Assembly: GCA_963748015.1 (NCBI GenBank)
Contig: CAVVHE010000005.1
Span: 320,001 to 384,000, forward strand
Origin: Terriglobia bacterium
GTDB lineage: Bacteria; Acidobacteriota; Polarisedimenticolia; Polarisedimenticolales; JAIQFR01
Length of the DNA stretch: 64,000 nucleotides
Direction: 5' to 3'
Position numbers and translations under genes: made by a program. Shown here one piece after another: positions 18,695 to 28,965 of the stretch (positions within the stretch are counted from its first letter, which is position 1; every line of letters starts with the position of its first letter). The notes under the pieces were generated by a model that saw only the letters and a program-made list of their open reading frames with translations, was not told where the DNA came from and made no database searches.

Positions 18695-20936
18695 TCAGGT
18701 GGCGACGGTCTCGGCGGCGTACTCCTTCGCGTCTTCCTTTCCGGACAGGACCCGCAGGGCGCCCTTGACCAGCGCGGACATCTCGTTCTCGCCCGGGTAC
18801 ACGCTGATCCCGCACCCCAGCGCAGCGACGAGGCGCCCGATCTCCGCGACCAGGCGCTTCGACCGGGCCATGCCGCCGGTGAGCAGGATGCGGTCCACCT
18901 TCTCGCCCTCGAAGGCCGGGACCATCGAGGCGATCTGCTTGGCGATCTGGTAGGCCAGCGCCGAGTGCACCTCGGCGGCCCACCGGTCTCCACCGTCCAT
19001 CCGCCGCTCGACCTCGCGCAGGTCCGCCGTGCCCAGGAGATCGATCAGGCCGCCGCGCCCCTTGTTGAGCCTCTTCAGCTCCGAGTGGGTGTAGCTTGCC
19101 GGAGAAGCACAGGTCGATGAGCTGCCCGGGCGGGAGGGATCCCGAGCGCTGCGGGCGTGAACGGCCCCTCGCCGTCGAGGCCGTTGTTCACGTCGATGTA
19201 GCGGCCGTGCTTGTGGGCGCCGACCGAGATGCCGCCGCCCATGTGGGCGACGATGACGTTGACCTTCTCGTAGAAGGTCTCGTTCTCCTCGGCGTAGCGG
19301 CGGGCCGTGGCGATCTGGTTCAGGGCGTGGCTGATGACCTTGCGGCGGATCGCCTTCATGCCCGGTGATCTTGACCCGCTCGGGGACCTCGTCCACCACC
19401 ACGGGGTCCACGATGAACGCGGGCTTGCCGCGTCCCGGCCACCAGCTCGCGGGCGATCAGGGCGCCGAGGTTCGAGGCGTGCTCGCCCTGCCGGCCGGCG
19501 CGCAGGTCGTCCACCATGGCGTCGGTCACCTTGTAGGTGCCGTGGGGGATCGGACGCAGGAGGCCGCCGCGGCCCGGCCACCGCGTCGAGGTCGTCGGGA
19601 CCGAGGCCGTTCTCGCTCGAGCGACCTTCAGGATCGACCTCCTTCCGGAAGGGGAACTGCGCGGTGATGCGCTTGCCCTCGAACGGCGCCAGCTCCTCCG
19701 CCGCGTGCTGCGAGCTCCTTCGGTGAAGCGCTCCTCGTCCCCCTCGTAGACGCGAGATCTTGGTGGAGGTGGAGCCGGGGTTGACCGCCAGGACGCGGTA
19801 GCGCGCGGAAGAAGGTGTCGCTCGGGGTGCGCTTCCACTCGCCGAACTGGTGCATGCGCAGCACGGAGGCCTTCACCGCGAGCCGGACGTCCTCGGGGGT
19901 GCAGTCCATCGGCAGGTCGACGCCGCGGAACCGCAGGCCGAACATGACCGGGAACTTCTTGGCCGTCGGGATACCGCGTGGCGTAGAGGTGGTAGAGCAG
20001 GTTCCCCATGTCGAGGTTGGGGCAGATGATGACGTTGGGCCCGCCCTCCCACGCGCCGTCCCCTTCGCCGCTGGTAGTAGCGTGGCGGAGCGCTGCGAGA
20101 GGGCGACGGAGACCTTGACCTCGCCGTGGATCTTGATCGTGCCGTAGCGCGGCGCCGTGGTCGATCGCGCTCGGCGAGGATCTCGGGCACGAGCGCCGTG
20201 GCCTTCCGGACCAGCTCCGGCGACGGCCCCTCGTCGGAGCCGCGGTGGGAGTAGGACACGATCGCGCCGCGGATCTCCGGCAGCACGTCCTCGGGGATCA
20301 GGTCGCGCGCGATCGCGCAGGTGCCGACGGCCACGTGGGCCAGCACGTCCGGCGTCATCGTGGCGTTCACGCCGACGTCGCCGAACACCACGATGTTGTG
20401 GGGGAAGACGTCGTGCGGGTGGTCGTCCGGGAGCACGAAGACGCCCGGCCTCGACCTGGATGTCCTGCTTCTGCAGGATCCGGAGCATCGGCCGGAAGTA
20501 GTCCCTCGGCGCGTGCCGGCGCCGCCGACGACCGTGTCGGCGTGGCCGAGCTTCACGGCGCAGATCCCGAAGTGCCCGGGCTCCGACACGAAGCGGCGCG
20601 CGTCGTCCAGCGAGGGCTTCGAGCCGCCGCCGGCGCAGTGGTCCTGGTAGCAGCGCGGCGAACTCGTCCAGCAGGTCGGTCGCGCTCGGCAATGTCCACG
20701 AAGGCGCTCTCCGACAGCGCGAACTCGACCCGATTCGGGTCCACGTGGCGGAGCTCCCGCTCGACGACGTCGCGCACCTCGGCCTCCGGTGCCAGGAACA
20801 CGGGGCGGCAGAAGCGCGTCAGGTAGCAGGCGGCCTCGACGATGCGGGGATCGAGCGCCTCGGTGAACACGACCGTCGGGCGGTTCCTCGGCACGCTCAG
20901 GATCTGCTGGTCGAAGGAGGACTCGATGTCGTACAT
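18695..20936 (-). pseudogene. buk: phosphate acyltransferase-butyrate kinase fusion (~745 aa), broken by many frameshifts (probably sequencing errors)
   Basis: Fragments across frames: [43 protein letters not shown] (PTA domain). Then [57 protein letters not shown] and YPGENEM (butyrate kinase). Confidence 0.8.
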
Positions 20937-21033
20937 ACGGACTCCGTGACCGGGCGCACGCTCGTGGCCGCGCCGGGCGGACCGGATCGGGATCGTGGCG
21001 CCGGGGCTGAGCCCGCCGGGTCTTTGAATATGG

Positions 21034-21080
21034 ATTCTAGCAAGTCGGGGAAGCAAACGGTCGTGCTTTCCCGTACGGGA
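21034..21080 (-). promoter_or_regulatory. putative extended -10 promoter with an upstream palindromic operator for the acyltransferase-buk gene
   Basis: TGcTAGAAT on the minus strand (21034-21042). Perfect 12-bp palindrome TCCCGTACGGGA at 21069-21080. Confidence 0.4.
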
Positions 21081-21176
21081 TGAAAACGTTGAGGACCCCA
21101 ATGGTCGGGGTTCCGCTCGGAGGGCCGAACGAGGCGGCAACGGCGGGACGGAAGGAACTGGTAGAAGAGCTGCAAT

Positions 21177-21210
21177 CAGGGACAGCAACCTGCGCAGGTT
21201 GCTGTCCCTG
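21177..21210. terminator. perfect 34-bp palindrome, probable terminator or REP-like hairpin downstream of the S9 peptidase
   Basis: CAGGGACAGCAACCTGC|GCAGGTTGCTGTCCCTG, 12 nt past the stop at 21223. Confidence 0.6.
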
Positions 21211-21222
21211 GTTTCAATACCT

Positions 21223-23268
21223 CTATTTCTTGGTCCACCGGTCGAGCCAGGCCAGCACCGTCTCGTGCCAGAGGATGCTGTTCGCCGGCTTCAGGACCCA
21301 GTGGTTCTCGTCGGGGAAGTGGAGGAACTTGCTGGGGATGCCGAGGCGCTGCGCCGCGGTGAAGGTGGCGATCCCCTGCGTTTCCACCACGCGGTAGTCC
21401 TTCCCGCCGTGGATCACGAGCATCGGCGCCTTCCAGTTCCTGACGAAGTTGACCGGGTTCTGCTTCTCGTACGACTCGGGGTTCGACCAAGGCGTCCCGC
21501 GGTGGTCGCGCTCGGGGAACCAGAGCTCCTCGGTGTCGAAGTAGGCGGAGCGCTCGTCCAGGTTCCCGTCGTGCGTCACGAGGCAGCGGAACCGGTCCGG
21601 CCAGTTCCCGGCGATCCAGTTGATCATGTAGCCGCCGAACGAGGCGCCGAGCGCCGCGACGCGGTCGCCGTCCATGAAGGGGTACTTCTTGATCGCCGCG
21701 TCGAGCCCCTTCTTGAGGTCCTCGAGCGGCTTGCCGCCCCAATCCCCCTGGATCGCGTCGGTGAACGCCTGGCCGTATCCCGTGGAGCCGTGGAAATCCA
21801 CCATCACCACCGCGTAGCCGGCGCCGGCGTACGCCTGCGGATTCCAGCGGTAGTGGAAGTCGTTGCCGAACGACCCCTGGGGGCCGCCGTGAATCAGGAA
21901 GGCCACCGGGTATTTCTTCGCGGGGTCGAAGTCCACCGGCTTGACGACGTACCCCCAGACGGTCTCGTCGTTCCACCCCTTGAAGGAGAACTGCTCCGGC
22001 TCGCCCATTCGCGCCGCGGCCACCTTCTCCGCGTTGATGCGCGTGAGCTGGCGGACGTCGGTCCCGTCGGTCTTGACCGAGTACAGCTCCACCGGCGACT
22101 TCAGGTGGTCGAGGCCGTACACGATCCGGTCTCCCGCGAGGACCGGCGAGCGGACGGTGCCGCGCTCGACCAGCGGCCTCGCGCCGCCGGTCGCGGCGTC
22201 CACGGCGAAGAGGGCCGTCTGCCCGACGCTCTCGGCGGCGGCGTAGATCGTCCTGCCGTCCGCGGACCAGAAGATCGTGTCGGGGGACCGGTCCCAGCCT
22301 TCGGTCAGGACGCGCGCCGCGCCGTCCGGCCAGGGCTTGAGGACGATGCGCCGCCGGTCGGCCTCGTAGCCCGGGACCTTCATGGCGAGGTAGGCCAGCG
22401 TCTTCCCGTCGGGCGAGAACACGGGTGCCGTGTCCCACGCGGGGCTGTCGGCGGTCAGGTTGCGAGGGGGCGCCGAGCCGTCGACCGGAACCGCGAACAG
22501 GTCGTGGTTCGTGGACCACGCCTCCTCGCGCCCGACGTTCCGCGCCGAGAACACCAGGATCTTCCCGTCGCGCGAGAAGGCGAGCTCGTCGGCGCCGCCG
22601 AACGGCTTGCTCGGGGAGTCGGCGTCCATCTCCTTCATCAGGTCCACCGGGGCCCCGCCGGCCGGCGGGACGAGGAACAGGTGCGAGCGGCGGCCGTCGC
22701 CCCACTCGTCCCAGTGGCGGACGAAGAGCCGGTCGTAGACCCGGCCGCTCGCCTTGCGCGTCGCGGTCTCGTCGAGCCGCTTCTTCGTTCCCTCGATCGT
22801 GTCGCCGGGGAACACGTCCATCGCGATGACGAGGGACTTGCCGTCGGGCGAGGGCAGGAACGTGCCGACGTCGAGCGGCTGCTTCGTCACCTGCTCCGCC
22901 TCGCCGCCGTCCAGCGGGATCCGCCAGACCTGCGACGATCCGGAGCGGGTCGAGAGGAACAGGACCGAGCCGCCGTCCGCCGCCCAGGCCGGGCTCGAGT
23001 CCCCCGCCTCGTGCGACGTGAGCCTCCTCAGCCCCGTGCCGTCCGTCCCGACGAGCCAGAGGTCGGTCCGCCTCTTGTTGGCCTCGAGGTCGGTCCGGCT
23101 CAGGACGAACACGATCCGCTTCCCGTCGGGCGAGGCCTTGGGGTCCGAGATGCGGTCCATCGCGAGCATGTCGTGGATCGTCAGGGGATGGCTTTCGGCC
23201 GCCCGCGCCGCGGCGATTCCGGCGGCGGGGAGCGCGATCAGCGACAGCAACAGCGCGGCTCGTAGCAT
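21223..23268 (-). CDS. S9 family peptidase (dipeptidyl-peptidase 5 / acylaminoacyl peptidase-like), secreted
   Basis: GGAGG SD and signal peptide. PD40-like propeller, IHGGPQ, GASFGG (Ser), DYRV (Asp) and DENHW (His). Confidence 0.93.
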   Translation of the reverse strand: MLRAALLLSLIALPAAGIAAARAAESHPLTIHDMLAMDRISDPKASPDGKRIVFVLSRTDLEANKRRTDLWLVGTDGTGLRRLTSHEAGDSSPAWAADGGSVLFLSTRSGSSQVWRIPLDGGEAEQVTKQPLDVGTFLPSPDGKSLVIAMDVFPGDTIEGTKKRLDETATRKASGRVYDRLFVRHWDEWGDGRRSHLFLVPPAGGAPVDLMKEMDADSPSKPFGGADELAFSRDGKILVFSARNVGREEAWSTNHDLFAVPVDGSAPPRNLTADSPAWDTAPVFSPDGKTLAYLAMKVPGYEADRRRIVLKPWPDGAARVLTEGWDRSPDTIFWSADGRTIYAAAESVGQTALFAVDAATGGARPLVERGTVRSPVLAGDRIVYGLDHLKSPVELYSVKTDGTDVRQLTRINAEKVAAARMGEPEQFSFKGWNDETVWGYVVKPVDFDPAKKYPVAFLIHGGPQGSFGNDFHYRWNPQAYAGAGYAVVMVDFHGSTGYGQAFTDAIQGDWGGKPLEDLKKGLDAAIKKYPFMDGDRVAALGASFGGYMINWIAGNWPDRFRCLVTHDGNLDERSAYFDTEELWFPERDHRGTPWSNPESYEKQNPVNFVRNWKAPMLVIHGGKDYRVVETQGIATFTAAQRLGIPSKFLHFPDENHWVLKPANSILWHETVLAWLDRWTKK

Positions 23269-23351
23269 GGGGGTCCTCCTCGAGAGAGGGACATCCTAGC
23301 GCGAAGCCGCCCCGGGCGTCAGGCCCGTCACCCGCGTGCGGGTATCACGAG

Positions 23352-23539
23352 CGCAACGGTCGCCCGGGCACTCGTGCGGCGACCTCCCTCGGCGACGACC
23401 CGCATCGGCCGCGCGAAAGGTCGAGCAAGCGCGATGGCGCGGACCCTAGCGCCATCGCGCTCGACCCTTCGCGCGGCCGTGCAGGGGTCCCCGTCGCCTC
23501 GGGCTTTGTCGCCGCACCCGTGTCCGGGCGACCGTCGCG
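23352..23539 (+). repeat. rod-like palindromic intergenic element, copy 1 (core 23376-23515)
   Basis: 140-bp core is near-identical to the reverse complement of copies 2 and 3. Imperfect ~24-bp inverted arms. Confidence 0.9.
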
Positions 23540-23627
23540 AAAAAGTGGCTGGCAAGACGGGCCGAATCCGGATGCGCGCGCCAGACCCCCGACACTAGAA
23601 TGCTCCCGACATGGGAAGGAGGCGCGC

Positions 23628-25091
23628 GTGAGACCGAACGGACGAGGGCAGCGGGCGAACCTGGCGGCGATCGCGAGGCGGGCGATGATCGAGCGCGAGC
23701 TCGAGCCGGACTTTCCGGCGGAGGTGCGGCGCGAGGTGGCGCGCATGACCGCCGCGGCGCGGGACGGGAACACGGTCCGCGACCTGCGCGGCATGCTCTG
23801 GGCGTCCATCGACAACGACGACTCGCGCGACCTCGACCAGCTGACCGTGGCCGAGCCGCTCGGCGGCGGGCGCTCGCGCGTTCTCGTGGCGATCGCCGAC
23901 GTGGACTCGCTCGTGGACCGCGGGACGGCGACCGACGGGCATGCCGCGAGGAACACGACCTCGGTCTACACCGCGGCCGCGATCTTCCCGATGCTGCCCG
24001 AGGAGCTGTCGACGGACCTCACGTCGCTCAACGAGGCGCAGGAGAGGATCGCGGTCGTCGTGGACATGGTCTTCGAGGAGGACGGCACGGCCGCGGGCGC
24101 CGAGCTCTACCGCGCGCGCGTCCTGAACAAGGCCAAGCTCGCCTACCGGAGCGTCGCCGCGTGGCTCGACGGCGCCGCGCCCCCGCCCAAGGTGCGGGAC
24201 GTTCCCGGCCTCGACGAGCAGCTGCGCCTTCAGGACCGGATCGCCGAGCGCCTCCACGACCTCCGGCAACGCCACGGCGCCCTCGGCCTCGAGACGATCG
24301 AGGCGCGGCCGGTCTTCGACGGCGACCTGCTCGTGGACCTCGACGTGGACCCGAAGGACCGGGCCAAGCGGATCATCGAGGACTTCATGATCGCCGCGAA
24401 CGGCGCCACCGCGGCTTTCCTCGAAGCGCGGCGTTTCCCGACCCTTCGCCGCGTGCTGCGCGCCCCGGAGCGTTGGGCGCGGATCGTGGATCTCGCGTCC
24501 CAACTTGGCGAACGGCTCCCGGGAGAACCCGACGCTCGGGCGCTCGAGGCCTTCCTCGCCAACCGGCGCAAGGCGGATCCCACCGGCTTCCCGGACCTGT
24601 CGCTCTCGGTGGTCAAGCTCATCGGCAAGGGCGAGTACGTCCTCAGCCTGCCGGGAAACGAGCCGCCGGGGCACTTCGGCCTCGCGGTCCGCGACTACGC
24701 CCACTCCACCGCGCCGAACCGCCGATTCCCCGACCTGATCACGCAGCGGCTGCTCAAGGCGGCGCTCGAGGGCGCGGAAGCCCCCTACACCGCACCCGAG
24801 CTTTCCGCCCTGGCCGAGCACTGCACGCGCAAGGAGGACGACGCCGCGAAGGTCGAGCGGCGCGTCCGCAAGTCCGCGGCCGCGCTTCTGCTCGAGCCGA
24901 GGATCGGCGAGCGCTTCGACGCGATCGTCACCGGCGCGTCGCCCAAGGGAACCTGGGTCCGCCTCTTCCACCCGCCCATCGAGGGGCGCGTCGAGCGCGG
25001 CTCCGAGGGAATGGACGTCGGCGACCGCGTCCAGGTGCAGCTCATCTCCACCGACGTCGACCGCGGCTTCATCGACTTCGCCCGAGTGTGA
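23628..25091 (+). CDS. RNB-domain exoribonuclease (RNase II/R family) with C-terminal S1
   Basis: AAGGAGG SD and GTG start; TAGAAT -10 at 23596-23601. SIDNDDSRDLDQ catalytic motif, IEDFMIAAN, HFGL...YAHSTAPNRRFPDL. Confidence 0.92.
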   Translation: MRPNGRGQRANLAAIARRAMIERELEPDFPAEVRREVARMTAAARDGNTVRDLRGMLWASIDNDDSRDLDQLTVAEPLGGGRSRVLVAIADVDSLVDRGTATDGHAARNTTSVYTAAAIFPMLPEELSTDLTSLNEAQERIAVVVDMVFEEDGTAAGAELYRARVLNKAKLAYRSVAAWLDGAAPPPKVRDVPGLDEQLRLQDRIAERLHDLRQRHGALGLETIEARPVFDGDLLVDLDVDPKDRAKRIIEDFMIAANGATAAFLEARRFPTLRRVLRAPERWARIVDLASQLGERLPGEPDARALEAFLANRRKADPTGFPDLSLSVVKLIGKGEYVLSLPGNEPPGHFGLAVRDYAHSTAPNRRFPDLITQRLLKAALEGAEAPYTAPELSALAEHCTRKEDDAAKVERRVRKSAAALLLEPRIGERFDAIVTGASPKGTWVRLFHPPIEGRVERGSEGMDVGDRVQVQLISTDVDRGFIDFARV

Positions 25092-25107
25092 TCGCCGCGA
25101 CACCTCG

Positions 25108-25301
25108 CGCCGGCAATCGTTCGAGGATCGTCCCGCGGCGACGATGCCCGAGGCGACGGGGCCCCCTGCACGGCCGCGCGAAGGGTCGAGCGCGATGGCG
25201 CTAGGGTCCGCGCCATCGCGTTTGCTCGACCCTTTGCGCGGCCGATGCGGGTCGTCGCCGAGGGAGGTCGCCGCGGGACGATCCTCGGACGATTGCCGGC
25301 G
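25108..25301 (-). repeat. rod-like palindromic intergenic element, copy 2 (core 25135-25274)
   Basis: Core plus 27-bp inverted arms CGCCGGCAATCGTTCGAGGATCGTCCC / GGGACGATCCTCGGACGATTGCCGGCG (one G-T mismatch). Confidence 0.92.
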
Positions 25302-25314
25302 TGGACCCGGCCGG

Positions 25315-26739
25315 CTAGTGATCTTGCGCCCGCAGCTCCTCGAGGCGATGCACGACGCCGGAGCGGACGACGAGCTTGACCCTGCGGAGGCCCGCGATGT
25401 CGGCGGACGGGTCGCCGGCGACGACGAGCAGGTCGGCGAGCTTCCCCTTCTCGATCGTGCCGAGGTCCTTGGCGCGCCCCATCGCCGCGGCGCCCCCGCG
25501 CGTCGACGCGACCAGGACCTGCATCGGGGTCATCCCCGCCGCCTGCATCGCCTCCATCTCGGCATAGATCGAGGGGCCGGGAAGGGTGAGCGGGTTGCCG
25601 GCGTCGGTCCCCATGGCGATCGGGATGCCGGCCGCGACGGCCTTGCGCAGGTTGTCCGCGGCGACCGTCTCCTGCGCCGCGAGGGAGGCCTTGCGGGCGG
25701 TGACGCGATCGGCGTTCACCTTGGAGGCGCCCGCCGTGGCGGACTCGGCCACGCGCGCGAGGGTCGCCGCGTCCACGCAGCCGTTCGGATCGTCCACCAC
25801 CGGGGCCTTGCCCGAGAGCGCCGAATCCCACATCCGCACGTAGCCGCCGCTCACGGTGAGGGTCGGGCAGTAGATCGTCCCGTTCGTTTTCGCGAGCGAG
25901 AGGAACTCGTCGTCGAGCGGTTGATCGGACACGCTGTGCACGAGGAGCGCGGCGCCCGCCCTCAGCGCCGCCTTCGCCTCGCGGAGGCCGGTGGCGTGGA
26001 CGATCAGCGGCAGCCCGCGCTTCTTCGCCTCGTCGCCGGCGGCCGCGACCGCGGCCTCCATCTCCTCGAACGGCCGCTCCTTGAAGACGATGAACCACAC
26101 CTTGACCGCGTCGGTCCCCTGCGCGGCGAGATAGCGCACCCCCTCGCGCGCCGCCTTCTCGTCCGCGAGGTAGACGAACTGGCGCTCGGCCGGGAGATTG
26201 AGCCAGAAATCGCGCGTGGAAAGGAGCGGCCCCGCCGCCGCGACGTGCGGCGCCGAAGGATCCGCCTCGGCCCGCTCGCGGAGCGGCCAGGTCCACGGGT
26301 AGCCACCCACGTCGTAGACGGCGGTCACCCCCGAGCAAAGGTACGCGCGGAAGTAGCGCTCCGGATGGAGCCTGAGACCCGCCTGCACCTCCTCGTAGGG
26401 ATGGCGGTCGCGCATGTCCATGGCGTCCGGGCGGCCGTCCGCCCAGCCGGTCTGGCAGAAGTGCACGTGAGCGTCCACCAGGCCCGGCGTGACGAAGAGT
26501 CCCGAGACGTCGAGGATCTCGGCTCCCTCGGGCACGCGGCACGCATCGCGCGTTCCCGCGCAGGCGATCCGCCCGTCGCGGACCACGACCGCCGAATCGC
26601 GGAGCGGCGGCCCGCCCAGCCCGTCGAGGAGCGTTCCGCCGACGAGCGCCTTCGTAGACGGCGGCGTCCCGGCGGACCGGGCAACGAGAGGAACGACGGC
26701 CAGCGCCGCCAGGAGAAGGATCGGGACGACTCGACGCAT
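25315..26739 (-). CDS. secreted amidohydrolase family protein (imidazolonepropionase-like)
   Basis: Signal peptide. TPGLVDAHVH, VKVW, HAT, LVHS, MGTDAGN and GKLADLLVV. Confidence 0.88.
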   Translation of the reverse strand: MRRVVPILLLAALAVVPLVARSAGTPPSTKALVGGTLLDGLGGPPLRDSAVVVRDGRIACAGTRDACRVPEGAEILDVSGLFVTPGLVDAHVHFCQTGWADGRPDAMDMRDRHPYEEVQAGLRLHPERYFRAYLCSGVTAVYDVGGYPWTWPLRERAEADPSAPHVAAAGPLLSTRDFWLNLPAERQFVYLADEKAAREGVRYLAAQGTDAVKVWFIVFKERPFEEMEAAVAAAGDEAKKRGLPLIVHATGLREAKAALRAGAALLVHSVSDQPLDDEFLSLAKTNGTIYCPTLTVSGGYVRMWDSALSGKAPVVDDPNGCVDAATLARVAESATAGASKVNADRVTARKASLAAQETVAADNLRKAVAAGIPIAMGTDAGNPLTLPGPSIYAEMEAMQAAGMTPMQVLVASTRGGAAAMGRAKDLGTIEKGKLADLLVVAGDPSADIAGLRRVKLVVRSGVVHRLEELRAQDH

Positions 26740-26746
26740 GGGCACC

Positions 26747-27637
26747 TCAACGCGCGAGGTCGCGCAGGACCCCCGCCAGCGTCTCGTTGAAGAGCTGCGG
26801 GGCCTCGAGCATCGGGAAGTGGCCGAGGCCCGGCAGGATCACGACGTCGTACTTCGCATACGTCCGCCGGTTCTCGCCGACTCGGGTAGGCCACAGGTCG
26901 CAGTTGACGCTCCGGATCGGGACCGTGAGCGCCGCGATCGCCGGCCGGATGTCGTAGGTGGCGAGCGAGTCGAACGTCGCGATCGCCACCTCGGGGGGCG
27001 CCGAGGCGACGTCCGCGGCGACCTCGTCCACGAGCGCCGGATCGGCGGTCTTCGGGAACATCTCGCGAACGAAGGCGTCCGCCCCCTTCCGGAAGTCCGC
27101 GCGCAGCGGTTTCGACATGTCGTCCCACGCCTTCGGGTCCGGCTTCTCGTTCAGGTCCTGCAGCGTGTCCACGGGGACGAGGGCCACGACGCGCTCCGGC
27201 ATCCTCCGTGCCGCCTCGACTGTGACCGGCCCGGACATCGAGTGGCCGATCAGGACCACGCGCCGGAGCCCGAGATGCTCCACCACCGCCTTCACGTCGT
27301 CGGCGTACGCCTCCACCGTGAAGCGCTTCCGCGCCATGCCCGACGTCCCGTGGCCGGCGAGATCGAGCGTGACCACGCGATAGTGCGCCGAGAAGTACGG
27401 CACCTGGTTCTTCCAGTAACCGCCGTCGCACGACCACCCGTGGACGAAGACCAGCGCGGTCTCGCCGCCTCCCTCGGCGCGGTAGTGGATCGGAACGCCG
27501 TCCGCGGACGGGACCGTTCCTTCGGCGACCTCGGCGGTTGCCGCCGGCGCTTCCGCCCGCGGTGGCGGAGGAGGCGACGAGGCGCAGCCGGCGACGAGCG
27601 CCAGCACGGCGAGAACGAACCACGCGCGACGGCTCAT
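26747..27637 (-). CDS. alpha/beta hydrolase lipoprotein
   Basis: Lipobox VAGC. VFVHGW, DLAGHG, GHSMS nucleophile elbow and GHFPMLE. Confidence 0.88.
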   Translation of the reverse strand: MSRRAWFVLAVLALVAGCASSPPPPPRAEAPAATAEVAEGTVPSADGVPIHYRAEGGGETALVFVHGWSCDGGYWKNQVPYFSAHYRVVTLDLAGHGTSGMARKRFTVEAYADDVKAVVEHLGLRRVVLIGHSMSGPVTVEAARRMPERVVALVPVDTLQDLNEKPDPKAWDDMSKPLRADFRKGADAFVREMFPKTADPALVDEVAADVASAPPEVAIATFDSLATYDIRPAIAALTVPIRSVNCDLWPTRVGENRRTYAKYDVVILPGLGHFPMLEAPQLFNETLAGVLRDLAR

Positions 27638-27730
27638 GACGCCCCCCCTTCCCGCCTCCGCGGCGGGCGCACCGGCTCATCGTACCCCACCACGGGCCCC
27701 CCTCGGGCCGCGATGGGATAGAGTGGAGGG

Positions 27731-28609
27731 ATGCGCTCTCCGCGACGCCTCGCGATCGCGCTCGGGCTCGCCGCCGCTCTCGGGGCGTGGGCCGAGCCCT
27801 CCGCTCCGCCGGCGGACCCGGACGCGCGCGCCGCCCTCGAGTCCATGGAAGCGGCCGCCGCGCGCGTCCAGGACTACACGATGACCCTCGTCCGCCAGGA
27901 GCTGATGGGCGACCGGCTCCAGCCCGAGCGGACGGCGATCGAGAAGTGGTCGCGCCCCTACCGCCTCTACGTTCACGACATCGCCGGTTCGGACGCGGGA
28001 CAGGAGGTGCTGTTCGTGCGGGGGTGGAACGGCGACCGGCTGCGCGCGCACCGCGGCAGGTTCCCGGACATCACGGTGAACCTCGACCCGCAGGGGTCGT
28101 GGGCGATGGCGCACGCGCACCATCCCGTGACGCAGGCCAGCCTCCCCGGCTTCGTGAAGATCGTCCTCGACAACGTGGCCGAGGGGACCCGGCGCGGGGA
28201 GGGAAGCCTCCGGTTCCTCGGGCGCGAGACGCTCTGGGGGCGTCCGGCGCTCGAGCTCGAGCTGACGAGCCCGGCCGAAGCGTCGCCCCACGTCATGGCG
28301 AAGGGAGAGACGCTCTGGGACGTCGAGCGCCTGACGGGGCAGACGATGTACGTCATCCTCCATTTCAACCGCGCGAGGGGGTGGCGCACCGCCCGGGATC
28401 CGCGCGCGGGGGACACCGTGCTCGTCCCCCGCTACTACGCCGGCAGGGTCGTCCTCGACGTGGACGAGGAGCTGCGCCTCCCGATCCGGGCGACGATCTA
28501 CGATCACGACGGGAACCTGTACGAGCGTTACGAGCACCGGGACCTCAAGATCAACGTCGGGCTGACCGACGCCGACTTCGACCCCAAGAACCCCGCCTAC
28601 GACTTCTAG
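27731..28609 (+). CDS. DUF1571/LolA-like secreted protein with an inserted LysM domain (paralogue 1)
   Basis: GGAGG SD and signal peptide. DYT.TLVRQE, GQEVLFVRGWN, HHPVTQA, LysM-like HVMAKGETLWDV...GDTVLVP, and YERYEHRDLKINVGLTDADFDPKNPAYDF. Confidence 0.72.
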   Translation: MRSPRRLAIALGLAAALGAWAEPSAPPADPDARAALESMEAAAARVQDYTMTLVRQELMGDRLQPERTAIEKWSRPYRLYVHDIAGSDAGQEVLFVRGWNGDRLRAHRGRFPDITVNLDPQGSWAMAHAHHPVTQASLPGFVKIVLDNVAEGTRRGEGSLRFLGRETLWGRPALELELTSPAEASPHVMAKGETLWDVERLTGQTMYVILHFNRARGWRTARDPRAGDTVLVPRYYAGRVVLDVDEELRLPIRATIYDHDGNLYERYEHRDLKINVGLTDADFDPKNPAYDF

Positions 28610-28629
28610 CGGCGAGGGGGAGGATCGCG

Positions 28630-28965
28630 ATGAGATCAGTTCGCTTCGCCGGCGCCCTGGCCGCGTTGCTGCTCCTCGCCTCGTGCGGGCTGCTCGGCAC
28701 GAGCATCAAGACAATCCTCGACAACCCGCGGGACTACGACGGCAAGACCGTCACGGTCTCGGGCGAGGTCAAGGAAGCGACGAGCCTGCTCATCGTCAAG
28801 TACTTCACGATCGCGGATTCCACCGGGCAGATCACCGTCATAACCGACCGCCCGCTCCCGAAGAAGGGCCGCCGTCTCCGCGTCCACGGGGTCGTGCACG
28901 AGGCGTTCTCGCTCGGCAGCAGCGACGTCATGGTGATCGAGGAGAAAGGCGGGGGCGACCGTTGA
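28630..28965 (+). CDS. small OB-fold lipoprotein
   Basis: GGAGG SD, lipobox LASC, and ILDNPRDYDGKTVTVSGEV...IADSTGQITV. Confidence 0.72.
   Translation: MRSVRFAGALAALLLLASCGLLGTSIKTILDNPRDYDGKTVTVSGEVKEATSLLIVKYFTIADSTGQITVITDRPLPKKGRRLRVHGVVHEAFSLGSSDVMVIEEKGGGDR

Noticed and set aside
25144..25301. Repeated peptide MPEATG.PARP.EGSSAMA.GS.PSRLLD in three ORFs
   Set aside because: It is a translation of the palindromic repeat. The ORFs run antisense into real genes, and the substitutions preserve base pairing rather than protein.
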